DNA of 64,000 nt, from NCBI GenBank assembly GCA_951406725.2, contig OX597822.1, forward strand, positions 69,812,001 through 69,876,000, written 5' to 3'. The stretch is from Octopus vulgaris (taxonomy: Eukaryota). Under the pieces are notes generated by a model that saw only the letters and a program-made list of their open reading frames with translations, was not told where the DNA came from and did not search any database. The translations under genes were made by a program, and so were the position numbers. Positions 23,805 to 36,879 of the stretch are shown here, piece after piece; the first letter of the stretch is position 1; each line of letters begins with the position of its first letter.

Positions 23805-26800
23805 TTGTTTTTTGTTTCTTTTCTAAAGAAGACTGTGTGGCTGTGAAGCTAGAAGCTGTTGCAGTTGCCGCTTTTACTCCAAACACATTGTCAGGAATAC
23901 GATTTCGGGTTACTTTTAATTTCATAACAGATTGGTTTGAAGATGATACCAAACCCATATATGGAGGATTTGGTGTGATAAAACCATTAATTGAAGTGAG
24001 AGGCTTTGGAGAAGATACAGTCATTGCCTCACGATTGGAAGAATTATTAGTGAATTGCTGTTGATCTGATATAAATTTTGGTGAGGATATAAATTGGTTT
24101 GATGTAGTGGGCACATTTTGGGTTGTATCACTTTTAAACTGAGGAACAGAGGTATGTAGTGGATGTGTTTTAGTCAGATCCTGGGACCATTTAGAGCTTG
24201 ACACCTGAAGAAGATCAGAAGTTACATTTAACAAAGATTTTTGTGTCAAAGATTTGTTTTGCCCAAAAGTAGGAACATTTTGTAAATGCTTTATTTCTGT
24301 TGATATTGATCTTGGAGAGCTCTCAGTTGAGGCAGAATGTTGAACCTTTCTTTGAGTGATGTTAGGTGTAAATGCTGTTGTAATATTCAGAGTATTAGTT
24401 ATCGAATTATAATTTGTATTTGCATTAATCTCAAGAGGGTTTACTATGGATGTATCATGATTCACCATATAAATAACGTTTTTCTCAGTTATTTTACTAG
24501 TTACAAGCTCTTCCTCAGGAGCAAATGAAGCTAAAACATTAGAATCTAGGGGTTTAATTACATTCAATCTTGTTGCAGTAGAATTTTGTGTAGGGTGAAA
24601 GCTATGTAGTGGTTTAGTATTAGTAACATCCACATTCTGGTTAGTTGTTAATCTGTCAGTGTTGTTTGTGATTATAGATGCTAGTAGTGAGCCTTTCATA
24701 GATTCGGTGACAGTACTGAGTTTCATGGGCTTTTTATAACCCTTTTTGGTAAAAATATAATGAGTGTCATTTCTAATGTTATTGTCAGGTAAAGTTTTAT
24801 TGACAGGAATCTTTACCCAACCAAATCCTGCAGACATAAAAGCAGTTACACCAATATTTTCTTCAGAGTCAGTTGGCTGCTCTTTCTTAATGTTATTGTC
24901 AATCTGAAAATCAGCTTGATGGCCAGCTCTGATGGTCAGATTATCATTATCAGCTTTTACTGTGTTTTTCAATAAATTCAAATCCTGGGACCAAACAGTG
25001 GTATCAGTGTTACTCTCTGTAATAGGTATTGTTGGGGACACAATGCCCTGAGAATGCTGAGGCGGAGGAGGTTCGACTGTTGTGTATGTCCTGTGATAAG
25101 GAGCTGTCACGGTGACAGTATACATTTGTAGAGAAGCATCTTGCTGATTCAAGTCTATGATAGACTTCTGTGTAACAGCAACTAACTGGCCTTTAACTGT
25201 AGTGAATTCATGTAATGTAACACCACTTAGCTGGTCCCTATTTCCAGTTGGCTGTGTGCTACCAACATCTTGTTTAGCCCAATCTCTGTTGAGCTGAGAT
25301 ATATCAACAACGTGCTGGTTCACATTTGTGGTAGGCTTCTGTGCTGTATCAATACCTTGTTGGTCCCTGTTTCTAGTTGATTGGGGTGTGTCAACATTTT
25401 GTTGAGCCCTGTCTCTGTTTGATTGGAGAATACCAACAATTTGCTGGTTCCAGTTTGTAGTAGGCTTCTGTGATGTAATAATGCCTTGCTGGTCCCTATT
25501 TCTGTCTGACTCTGATATAACAACAGCTTGTAGTATTCTGTTTGTAGTAGATGCTTGTAATGCAATAAAATCTTGCTGGCTTCTTTTTGTGGTTACCTTC
25601 TGTAAAATAACAGGTTGTTGGTCCCTGTTTGGGGAGGACCTACTTGTTGTATCAATGTAATCACTTTTATTTAAATATTTGTTGGTCAAAGGAGTTATTG
25701 AAACATCTTGCATGAAAAGGGATTCATCTGTTGATTTGAGGCCTATATTTCTCATATGAGTATGATTTTGTGTTAAATTTCCTTTTCCCATTCCTGGGGC
25801 CTTTGGCCTGTCATTGGTAGTAGAAGTGACCATAGAAGAGAGTATATCTTTAAAAGGGTTAGTGGTTGAGTCTGAATTTGAGATTATAGCATTAGGATGA
25901 TCCTGACTTAATCCACTGGCTATGTGTACTTTTTCAGTCTCTAGCTGATTCCTAGTTACATTAGGGGAAGAAGAAAGCAGATACAAATCTGAAACAATGG
26001 CTTTATTCCCAGATTCTGAACCAGGTTGTGATGTTCTAATAGTTGTTTCATCAAAGGTGTCAACTGGAAGCTTCAGTGTAGAGTTGTTGTCTCCCATAAT
26101 AATATCTGATAACATGTCAGTTACATTTCTTTGACTATTGGTAACAACTGGAATATTCTTGATATCTGAATTAAGATTCCTCTGTTTTCCTATATAATCT
26201 TTGTAGCTACTCTTATCAGTTTTAACAGGTATAAGCGTACTCTTGAATATGTTACTGTCATTCTTTTCAGAAAGATCAAATGGATTATTTGTAATCTCCA
26301 CTAGATTATTGGATCCTCGCAAAGGATTATCTTTATTCATGTCAGTGTTTGCCATATAATTTTGAACTGTTACAGATTCGTTGGAATTTATAATCCCAAA
26401 TTCTGCTGGCAGTTCTTTATGAGAATTTTGTTGTTTATGCTTAATATTCATGTTTATGCTTGATGAATTTCGTTTGCTTTGTGCAGAACCTCTTGTTAAA
26501 TACTGAAAAGGAATGGCCAACCAACCAGAACCAGAAGGTTTTATGTTAATACCAGTTTTTACATTGATTGATTCATGCGAATTGTTCTCTTGCTTAGTCC
26601 TGAGATCAATGTTATTTTCTCTATGTGGGGTCAATGTAGTTATGGACAAGTTCACTTGTGTGATTTCAGATTGATTATTGTGACCTTTGCCAACATCTAG
26701 GCCAGTAATGTCCTCACTGATATTTCTCGTTAGATTTGTAAAGATATCAGAACTTTTCTCAACTGGAGTTTTGTTGTGGAGAAAATTAAAAACATCACTT

Positions 26801-27113
26801 AATTCTTTTGAGTGTTGAAGATCAAACGATTTGCTTGTGATTGCTGTAAGGAATCTATAACCCCAAACTCCTGTATAACTTGTCCAGCTGGGTGTAGTAA
26901 CAGCAGCTTTAAGTGAATTTTCTTGTCTCTTTATGGAATCATGAATTATACCTGTTTCTGTATTAGCATCAGTTATCATTTCAGTACTGACCATTGTCAC
27001 AGAACTGGTTTGATCAGTAACATTTTTATTGGTACTTAATTGTAGATGGTAATTCCAAGTGGTATTTTCATCGACATCATTTGGTACGGCAAATTCCAAG
27101 TGATTATCTGTCT
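23805..27113 (-). CDS. TM-SEA-mucin gene, coding exon 6: 3309-nt S/T/N-rich mucin-like exon
   Basis: Open frame of about 1100 aa with acceptor tttttatgtttcag at 27114 (phase 1, matching the upstream donor). Likely donor AA|gtaatt at 23804, or read-through to TAG at 23794. Many N-x-S/T sequons. Confidence 0.85.
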
Positions 27114-27449
27114 CTGAAACATAAAAATTTGATTTTTTTTTTTTAAGCTTCATAACTAACACAAGAAAATAAGAAATTGTGACTTTCATCTTTTACACAT
27201 GACAGAATAAATACTTGCTGCATATCAAAATTCTACTTGATTAGAATTGATCTGAGACTATACAACAAGGAAGAAGATTAAAATGATAAACAAAAGACTT
27301 TGTGTGTGTGTGATGCCATTTTATGTACAATCTAAATTACTCAGGCATAGTACCTTGGCTTAGTGCTATCTCAAACCAAGCAACGTCTTCAGAGTAGAAA
27401 TGGGTGACAGAAATTGCATGAAAGCCTATGATTTGTATGTGTGTGTATA

Positions 27450-27576
27450 CAGGGTGATTCAAAAGTCACCATCCATAGGAAAAATTTATTTTTTCATAAG
27501 AAACAGTTAAATAAAAAAACTGTTTCTTATAAAAAAAAAAATTATTCTTATGTATGGCGACTTTTGAATCACTCTG
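27450..27576. mobile_element. Tc1/mariner MITE
   Basis: TA|cagggtgattcaaaagtcacc ... ggcgacttttgaatcactctg|TA. Confidence 0.8.
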
Positions 27577-27900
27577 TAGTAAGGAATTATTATTCCAAAC
27601 ATTTACCAGTTTGGTCTCAGATATTCAAAATAGGTTATTCAATGGTTAATATATAAATCCAATAATATTCTTATAAGATAAGAATTTAGAGATATATTCC
27701 GTTGGATAATTCAGAATATATTACCTTAACCATATAGGTTTCCTGGAGTATCAACAATAATAATAAGAATTATTACAATAGACTGATAGAATAAGTACTA
27801 GGCTTACAAAGAATAAGTCCTGGGGTCAATTTGTTTGACCAAAAGCAGTGCTCCAGCATGGCTGCTGTCAAATGACTGAAACAAGTAAAAAAATAAAAGA

Positions 27901-28130
27901 ATACAGCTTTACATAGGTCCACATATATTTCAACTGCACCAATTAGTGTCCTTTGCAATTGCAACCCTTCTATAATACTGGTGCAGTTTCTTCAGGGTCT
28001 TTACTTAACATCCTTCAATTTAACTGTTTGAAATTTTCTGTTTATCTACTCTGTGTATTATAGTAGGGTTGCAATTGCAACGGTTACTAATTAGTACAGT
28101 TGAAATGTGTAGGTCTATGTAAAGCTGTAT
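27901..28130. repeat. Fold-back inverted repeat (~75-bp arms) next to (TA)n
   Basis: atacagctttacatagg...ttgcaattgcaaccct pairs with agggttgcaattgcaa...ctatgtaaagctgtat. The minus strand near the apex has acc-CTGAAGA...tatag(t)a-gggt hammerhead remnants. Confidence 0.8.
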
Positions 28131-28194
28131 ATATATATATACATATTTATATATATATATATATTCAAAATAAGCAACAAGAATGACTCCAGTA

Positions 28195-28285
28195 ATTTGG
28201 TACGATTGTTTCGTACTACATCATTTTATTAAATGTTGTAAGTATTACAACAGATTTTAAAATGCTGAGCACTCATCAGCCAATT
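28195..28285 (-). ncRNA. Type I hammerhead ribozyme motif, near-intact
   Basis: Minus strand reads UUGG-CUGAUGA-GUGCU-[extended hairpin including UGUUGUAA/UUACAACA]-AGUAC-GAAAC-AAUC-GUA^-CCAA. All core nucleotides are present. Confidence 0.8.
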
Positions 28286-28435
28286 ATAGAGGTTTTCCAT
28301 TAATACAAAAATTTTCATATCAAGTGGCAACAATTATAGAGAAGGTAGATATATAGACAAAGATGTGGATTTAAATTTTAAGAACATTTGAGGTGGTGGA
28401 GCCCATCAACTGACTGACTAAGATTCAGTTGTTCC

Positions 28436-28474
<39 letters not shown>

Positions 28475-28551
28475 AATTAAAGGTAATGTTATACAACTTC
28501 GAATTAATCCTTATTATTATTGTTGATATATGTATACATATATATACATAA

Positions 28552-28582
<31 letters not shown>

Positions 28583-28597
28583 CATGTATATATATAT

Positions 28598-28940
28598 ATC
28601 ATCATCATTGTTTAACGTCCACGTTCCATGCTAGCATGGGTTGGACGATTTGACTGAGGACTGGCGAACCAGATGGCTGCACCAGGCTCCAATCTTGATC
28701 TGGCAGAGTTTCTACAGCTGGATACCTTTCCTAACGCCAATCTCTCTGAGAGTGTAGTGGGTACTTTTACGTGCCACTTCCACGAGAGCCAGTCAGGCGG
28801 TACTGGCAACGGCTACACTCAAATAGTGTTTTTGTTATGTGCCACCTGCACAGGAGCCAGTCCAACAGCACTGGCAACGACCTCACTTGAATGTTTTGAT
28901 CACGTGCCACCAGCACAAGTGCCAGTAAGGCGATGCAGGT

Positions 28941-28990
<50 letters not shown>

Positions 28991-29345
28991 TCATCATCAT
29001 CATCATCATCGTTTAGCGTCCGTTTTCCATGCTAGCATGGGTTGGACGGTTCTACTGGGGTCTGTGAAGCCAGAAGGCTTCATCAGGCCCAGTCAAATCT
29101 GGCAGTGTTTCTACGGCTGGATGCCCTTCCTAACGCCAACCACTCCGTGAGTGTAGTGGGTGCTTTTTACGTGCCACCCGCACTGGTGCCAGACAGAGCT
29201 GGCAAACGGCCACGAACGGATGGTGCTTTTTATGTGCCACCGGCACGAGGGCCAGGCGAGGCTGGCAACGGACACGAAACGGGGCGGTGCTGGCAACGGT
29301 CGCGAAACGGAAAGTTCTCTTACATGCCACCGGCACTGGTAACAG
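28598..29345 (-). mobile_element. Two tandem RTE 3'UTR copies separated by (TA)n
   Basis: Both start with a (CAT)n tail and match 62017-62540. Confidence 0.8.
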
Positions 29346-29669
29346 TGAGTGTGATATATGCAAGCACGTGATGTTTACATTCTGTGTGCTCGAATGAAAG
29401 CATTGAACACAAAATGGTGACTTTATTGAGGAAATACCTTGTCAATAAATCATCCTCTAGCACTGCATTCCTTACTTGCAAAACAGGTAAGGATTAGTAA
29501 CAGAAAAGTCATTCCTCTGTTAAACAATGCTTCAGTAAGTATTCACCCAACCCATGCCAGCATTAAAAATGGACATAAAATGAATGAGTGTCATAAGTTG
29601 AATGAATAAAAATGCCTTTAATTTAGCTTCTTCAAACAATCAAAGGGAAAAATAGTGAAAGTTGATTAC

Positions 29670-29893
29670 CTTTAATAAAGAAAGGTGCTGCAGAAGATAC
29701 TGCTTTGATAAGATGCACCCTTAACGATTTGTAAGGTATCAAGAAACGATTTATCTTGATATAAATTTTCTGATTGACCAGTTGCAAATTTGATTTAGAT
29801 ATAATAATATCACGAATTTGATCAGGGCTAGACAACTTGTTGCTGTTCTTGAAAGCAAGGAGGACACCCAATCCAATGTAACTGTGAGATTTT
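29670..29893 (-). CDS. TM-SEA-mucin gene, coding exon 5 (C-terminal part of SEA domain)
   Basis: Acceptor ttttctttttcag and donor AAG|gtaatc, phase 2 to phase 1. Translates as KSHSYIGLGVLLAFKNSNKLSSPDQIRDIIISK...FLIPYKSLRVH. Confidence 0.8.
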
Positions 29894-30944
29894 CTGAAAA
29901 AGAAAACCAAAAGGAGAAGAAATATGGACCATTATAAAGAGTAATTGAAACCATGTTCATGTTCACAGTACATAGCTCCTACTGATCATTCTCAACCTTG
30001 TTTCTAAATGTGGGTAGCCATGTAGGTCCTCTACATCGAGAACCTGGTCCTCCTCTTCCCTTCTCTCACAATTTAACCCCTCATCCCCTGGCATAAAGCA
30101 CCCTCTCTCTACAAGCGGTCGTAGTCTTTCAACCTGCATGGCAACCTCAATAGTACTAGTGGCGACCTGGCAGAAACGTTAGCACGCCGGGCGAAATGCT
30201 TAGCGGTTTTCATCTGCTGTTACATTCTGAGTTCAAATTCTGCTGAGGTCGACTTTGCCTTTCATCCTTTCAGGCTTGATAAATTAAGTACCACTGCGGT
30301 CGATGTAATCGACTTAATCCATTTGTCTGTCCTTGTTTGTCCCCTCTGTGTGCAGCCCCTTGTGGACAGTAAGGAAATAATAGTGCTAGTGGCATGATAA
30401 AGCCCCAGTACATGCTGTAAAGTGGTTCATGTCAGGAAGGGAATCTGTCTAGTAACTGTACAAAAGCAGATACTGGAGTATGATGCAGTCGTTAGACCTA
30501 TTGGATCTTGTTGAACCTTCTAACCTATGCCAGCATGGATCATGGACATTAAATGATGATGATAATGATATCACTGGAGTCAATTACTCTGAGATGCTAT
30601 CCACATAAAAAATAACAAATTACTTTTAACATATTTAATGTAGTGATCATCAAATATTTAATTACAAAAGAGGACATTAGCTCAGTGCTAATTTTTCACA
30701 CCAACACTCATTTCACACCTACATAGTAATTCTCTCATCTCTACTTCATTAATTACAGTGAAGCATATATTCCACTGAGAAGGTCTAATAATGATGAAAC
30801 ATGTCGGGAGTTCTCTCCCAAACTTGTCAAAAGGATTACAGTAATACTAGTCTTTAGATTAATGTCTTTTTCACCATCACATAAGTAATTCTAATTAGAT
30901 TTTTAATACTTCATTAATACATTAACAGTAACTTAACTATAATA

Positions 30945-31440
30945 CAGGGTGTTCAGGATAAATTTGACAGTTTGCATAAAAGGAAAAGGAGATACATTAT
31001 ATCTTCTGAAAATAAAACTACTTCAAAACTCAAAAAACTATCAACTAGATTATGGCTGGAAGATAACAGTTTATTATGACCACAAGATGACCCCGGAAAC
31101 TGACACATACATTCCTCATTGTGTTCCTGGGAAGACCTTTGAACACTTTCTTGATCTTGGTCACCAGCTCGGCCTTGGTGCTGCACTCAGCATAGTTGAT
31201 GTCTTTCTCAACTGCGCCTCATGCATAATAATCTATGGGATTTGGAGGCCAGAAATTGGGGCTTGGTGAAGTCATAGAAATTATCCGAGAACCACTTCTG
31301 AAACTTTCTGGATGTATAGCAAAGAGCTGAATCTTGTTGCCATGCATACAGCCTTTCAGCAGCAACCATCTCCAGCCAGGAACTGACTTCAATCTCCAGC
31401 AGCTTCACATAGCCATTAGAATAGAGTCTAAAGTCCTGTT
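30945..31440 (-). mobile_element. DD37D transposon fragment
   Basis: TA|cagggtgttcagg terminus. Translates as YAWQQDSALCYTSRKFQKWFSDNFYDFT..NFWPPNP. Confidence 0.75.
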
Positions 31441-32303
31441 CAAAATTATGGAGTATTCTATATCAATAGGCAGAACACTTGACTCTAAAAGAGTCCACTC
31501 CATCAGAATACAAACAACTCATTACTTTAAGTAGTGACATCATTCTCACATAGAAGATGACATCATTAGATTGCATTGCAGAGCTTAGTTCTGTTTATGG
31601 GGAAAGCTATCTACAATGGATCACTGTTCATTCTTAAAATAGACTTATGTCTCATTTTCTTATCACTTATCAAAACTTGAGATAAGCCTAATTATCTAAA
31701 TCTATGTGTTACATTATTATGGCTGGCTGTAGCCAAGAAAGACAAAACACTCATTGAAAAATTCCATGGTGGAATGAAAGCATGTGTCTGTGAGGGTGAT
31801 AAGGTCACTGAACACCAGCTCCAAGTGGAACCCATCATTGCCATATCTGTGCAATGGTGTTGGTTTCTAGCAGAAGAGAAAAGCCACATCTGTGCTGCTC
31901 ATGTTTAGGAGAACACTCAAGCAATGGTACTGCTCAAAACCAAGTTGCAGCCACAATGCATGCATGCATGCATACATGTATTTATGTACGTATGTATGCA
32001 TACATGCACACGTGTGTGCATTTCTGTTCTTTAAATTTCTTCAATAAAGAAGGGACCAGCTCCTGACCAAGAAACAATTCCCTCATTGGAAATTTATCAG
32101 CTCAGCAAAGTCCCACATACTAGACTTTAACAAGTCTTACATTTTCTTATATTACTCAACTTGTGTACAAATGCCTCTGTATATATCTTTGTTTCTTTGC
32201 TTAAGTTGAGAACTTAGATATAAAGAATTGTTGGCAGCATTTTAACGTATGAACTCAAGAGTTGCATTTATAACTTAAGAATCTGAAGAAGAAAGAAACT
32301 TAC

Positions 32304-32371
32304 GTTATATTTTTGAGAGTGCAACCCTTTTGAATTTCAGACAGGTAACTTGATTTTATATAGCGATTTAT
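32304..32371 (-). CDS. TM-SEA-mucin gene, coding exon 4 (SEA middle)
   Basis: Acceptor gtgttttcag and donor AC|gtaagt, phase 0 to phase 2. Translates as INRYIKSSYLSEIQKGCTLKNIT. Confidence 0.8.
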
Positions 32372-32654
32372 CTGAAAACACACATAAATAAATAATTAAA
32401 GAGAAGTGTTATGTTTCAGTGCTAGACTGAGTTTATAACATATAATAGGGTTTATAGACAAAAGACATTACAGAGCCATTTTGTTTTCTGTTTTTTGTTT
32501 TTATTTTTCTTTGAAAGTTGTGGCACAAACTACAAAACATTATAATAAAGTAGGCGATAATATAGTGAGTCAATGAATCTTAATTAATCACAGTAGATCT
32601 CCTTTGTTATCATTTGGTTTGGGTTTAAAAGTTCAAAGTGGACGAAACCTTTCA

Positions 32655-33424
32655 TATCTCACCAAACAGATAATAACACCTTACATAGATGAAGACCTTC
32701 TTTAGCCTGGGGTGCTGGTATTTCTCCTTTCCCTACCCACTGTCTTTGGTGCTTGACATTTTTATAGGGAATCCATTTCTTGTCACCAGTCACTATTCCA
32801 TCCAAAAAAGGTTCATTCATGAGATGTGACAGCCAAAAAGAGCATACATTCACTCTCTGCATGTGAATATACTTGGAAAGTTTGCGAGGAACCCATTGAC
32901 CCAGTTTACTGACTTTACCAATGGCATGCAGGTGTCACTGAATGATTGAATGACCAAATCCAAGCTTCTTTGCTAGTTCCTCAATAGTTATGATGGGATT
33001 TTGTTCCACCAGGGTTTGCAGGACGTCCTTGGCAAGCTCAACAGATCTTCCAGGAAAAGGCTCGTCTTCTAAGTCTATAGTTTCTGGCTTGGAATTTCTG
33101 GAACCACCATTGACACTGGCTTACATTTATTGTCCAGTCCCCATATACTGCATTAATATTCCTCACACTTTCCATTGTGTTGGTGTCTTTATTGAACTCA
33201 AAAAGCAATATATACCAAACATGCTCCTTTGTCACTTCTATTATAGCTTTGAAAAAATAACTGTTAAAATCCAACCGCACTCTTCAAAACTTTCACTAAG
33301 AATAAATACAAGGTAAAATTTCTACCTGCTTTTATAGCAAGTTAATGCAGGTAGTTTATCCCATCCCCTCCGTCTTTTAGTTCATGCAATTGAAAAAACC
33401 ACATTATTTATGGGATGACTCAAT
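32655..33424 (-). mobile_element. mariner (DD34D) element, 5' part, disrupted
   Basis: TIR-like ttgagtcatcccataaataatgtgg. Contains HTH region EVTKEHVWYILLFEFNK...RNINAVYGD and catalytic FLDGIVTGDKKWIPYKN. Confidence 0.85.
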
Positions 33425-33427
33425 ACT

Positions 33428-34640
33428 TCTAAGTATCCCCTCTGGCATTTTCTGTACGTTTCTAGAGTTTACTATACCTATACACCTGCCACACACAAAG
33501 GCTACTTTCTCTACAAACCTTCCTCTGATACTGCTGCACCTCTTATGTGTCCGTAGCTTGCACTGGGTACAGCCGATGGAGTTTCTACCTATAATTTTCT
33601 ACATATCGAGCAGGGCCATATCCCCAAAGGAATTTGTGATTTGTCTGTTTTCTGACTTTGCTAAATAAACACTAAGACCCTTTGATTCCAGGCTTTGCGT
33701 ACATACCTGAAATTTCTTTAGTTTTGGTAATGATTCAGCTATAAGAACAAGGTTGTCAACATAGAGGAACTCCCAAGGGCAGCCCATCTTAGATTACTCT
33801 GTATACCCTGAAGGACTATGATGAACAAGAGGGGTGGTGCTGAGAACCAATCCTTGGTGAACTCCTGCCTGTACACTGAGCTCATTGCTATACTCGTTTC
33901 CAACCCTCATCTTACTGACAGCATCCCTGTACATGGCTGGTAGTGCTCTCACCAACCACTCGTCTATCCTGAGCTTCTACATTGACCACTAGATAAGGGA
34001 GTGGAAGACCCTGTCAAAGGCTTTCTCCATGTCAACAAAAACCAAGTACAGAGGTTTATTTTTGGCTAAGTACTTTTTCTGCGGCTACCTTACCTGAAAT
34101 ATAGCACCAGTAGTGCTTCTCCCTGGCACAAGACCAACCTGCATCTCATCTAGTCTAACTCTCTTCCTAGTTAGTTGGGCTATGACTCTCCCTGTAACTT
34201 TCATCACCTGGACCAGCAATTTGATACTTCTGTAATTATTTCTGTCTTCAGTGTCAACTTTACCTTTGAAGTAGGAGTCATACCCCATGACTATTGCGCC
34301 AGTCATTGGGTATGACTCCCTTGTGTACAACTTGATTGACTATACAGGTAACTAGACCATAACCCACGCCACCAGATATTTTAAGCATCTCAGAGGTGAT
34401 TCCTGACACACTGTCTTGCAAACCAGAACACTTCAAGCCACTTGTCGTCATGCCACAGAACATTGGCAAACTTTTCCCTTTCTGCTTCATCCCTAGCTAA
34501 GTATACCTGTCTCCAAGCTTCCCTTCTAGTTTTTTTGCTACTGCCACCCTGCCAGTCCTTCCGGGCCTGTTTCTTTGCTCTACTAGCCCTGTCAACTATA
34601 CTGCTCCACCACCATGTCACCCTAAATATGTCTGTGTGTA
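33428..34640 (-). mobile_element. RTE-clade LINE fragment (RT plus Cys-rich finger), disrupted
   Basis: Contains NYRSIKLL, MQVGLVPGRSTTGAIF, FVDMEKAFDRV, GVHQGLVLS and WEFLYVDNLVLIAES. Same family as 61186-62016. Confidence 0.9.
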
Positions 34641-35399
34641 TGATGTACTCTCCTATCAAAGATGATGTATGAGCATTTTTGCTGAACAACCTGTGCAAAT
34701 GATTTTTTTAATGAGCACATTAGCTCACACCCTCCATCAAATCGATGTTGTCTGAACAGGTGCACAGTGCACCATGTGTCAGGTATCAAAGTGATGGCAG
34801 AGCAAGGTGAGATGAAATGTTTTTGCTCAAGAACACTACACACTACCTGGTCTAGAAACTGAAATCACTATCTAGCACTCACGAGTGAAACACCCTAACC
34901 ACTAAGCCATGTACCCTCACACACACACATATATTCGCACACATGTATATATGTATTATGTGTACAGAAAAATGTGTGTATGTGTGTATATGAGATTATT
35001 AGTGAATTACATAAGTGATATTTTTATGCACAAGTTTCTTATTTTGAATAGAATTATATAAATATATTACATACAAACAAACAACTTATAAAACTCACCC
35101 AACTACTAAATCCTATAATTTTATAGTGATGAATATGATGAGAAAAAATTATGCAGAGAAACAAAGTTTTAACAATATTAACCCGTCTTTAACCAGTCTT
35201 TCAAGTTAATACATATATTTATATATATAAATCAATAAATGGTGGGGTTGTGTTGACCGCACGTGGAGAAATGATAAGCAAGGAAAAATTGTAAAAAGGC
35301 AGAATGCTAAATTGAAAGAAAATTTTAATGAAAATGGGTGTATGGAAAAAGTTTTTGAAAAATTGATAAAATATATATATATATATATATATATATTTT

Positions 35400-35441
35400 A
35401 ATTCAAACCGGTTTTCATCATAATGTGACTTTTCAAGAATT
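35400..35441 (-). ncRNA. Degenerate hammerhead motif next to (TA)n
   Basis: Minus strand reads AAUUC-UUGAAAA-GUCA-CAUUA-UGAU-GAAA-ACCGGU-UU-GAAUU. The stems and palindromic stem III are retained, but the core has two substitutions. Confidence 0.4.
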
Positions 35442-36879
35442 GTAAAGGAAAAAATTTTTTTTAAAGTGAGGAGGGGGAAAAAAGAAAATTACATTGTTTT
35501 TTGCAAAAAAATAATTATAAATATATACAAAAATTAAAAAATAGGTACTCCGATACATTGTAAAGTCTTTGTGTATCTTGAGTTTAAAGATTGTTCACGA
35601 AAAAATTACCTTGAAGTATTGAGATCCAGTGGAATTAAATCCATGTGTTGTTTAATTTAATTAAGGGTGTCTCTTAAGTGGATGGCAAAACATCCTATTC
35701 TTTGGCTGTGTGGCCATTGGTCATTTGCTAATGACTTTGCAACCGGATTTTGCAACTTCTCTAGGTTTTTCCACAGCTGCCTGGGAGTCAACGTAATTGA
35801 AATAATTTGTTGTTTATAATTATAGACATCAAAAGTATAACTTCTAAGTATTTTGATACTGAACTTCAATAAAGTAGCAAGCTGGTTGAATCATTAGCTT
35901 ACTGGGTAAAATGCTAAGCAGGATTTCATTGGTCTTTATGTTCTAAGTTCAAATTCTGCCAAGGTTGACCTTGTCTTTTATTCTCTCGGGATCGATAAAA
36001 TAAATACTAGTTGAGTACTGGAGTGAATGTAATTAACTAACCCCATTCCTTGACAAAACCCACACAGGAAAGAAGAAATACAACAGTGGTTTTCAACGAC
36101 AATACAACCAAGGGGCAAATCTCAATTGAAATCAGTATCACAATACTGAAATTGATGATTTATTCTTTGGTTCTTTAATTCTTTTATTCTTTTGTTCTTT
36201 TACTTGTTTCTGTCATTAGACTGTGGCCATGCTGGGGCACTGCCTTGAGGAATTTTAGTTGAATAAATCAAACCCAATACTTTTAAAAAAAATTTTTCAA
36301 GCCTGGTACTTATTTCATTGGTCTCTTTTGCTGAACTGCTAGATTACAGGGATGTAAACACACCAACACCAGTTGACAAGCAGGGGAACAAACACACATG
36401 CAAGCACACACACACACACACACACACACACGATGGGCTTTCATCCAGTTTCTGTCTACCAAATCAACTCACAAGGATTTGATCAGCCCAAGGATATAGT
36501 AAAAGACACTTGCTCATTAGGTATTTTCCTTTCCTAGGAGTTTTTAGGCAAAAATTTTTTACCTATTTGAATCACAATTATATTTATCAGATTTAATTAC
36601 TGCTGCACTGTTTGTATGCATTTGTAATTTTCAGCTCTTGGAAAATTATGTAGCAAGAACTGGCTTAAAATTTGAAATCAAGACCTTATTTTTAAGTTTT
36701 AAAATTTTCAATGAACAACTGGATTTTTCAAGTTGACTGATGATGTCATCAAGAAACTAATCAATAATTTCCTTTGAAAGGACATTGAAATTGACTCATG
36801 TCGATAAAATGTTGGTCATTAAAAATTCACAACTATCAAATTGACTTTTTTTTATATATAGACCCAGGCCTATTTGCCA

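Noticed and set aside
27114-27189. N-terminus of the 1131-aa ORF (MKVTISYFLVLVM...) as a signal peptide
   Set aside because: It overlaps a poly-A run and a good splice acceptor whose phase matches the upstream SEA exon, so it is better explained as intron.
35099-35150. Possible extra SEA exon (HYKIIGFSSW|gtgagt)
   Set aside because: Exons 39954-40066 and 32304-32371 already join in phase into a continuous SEA sequence, and no convincing acceptor was found.
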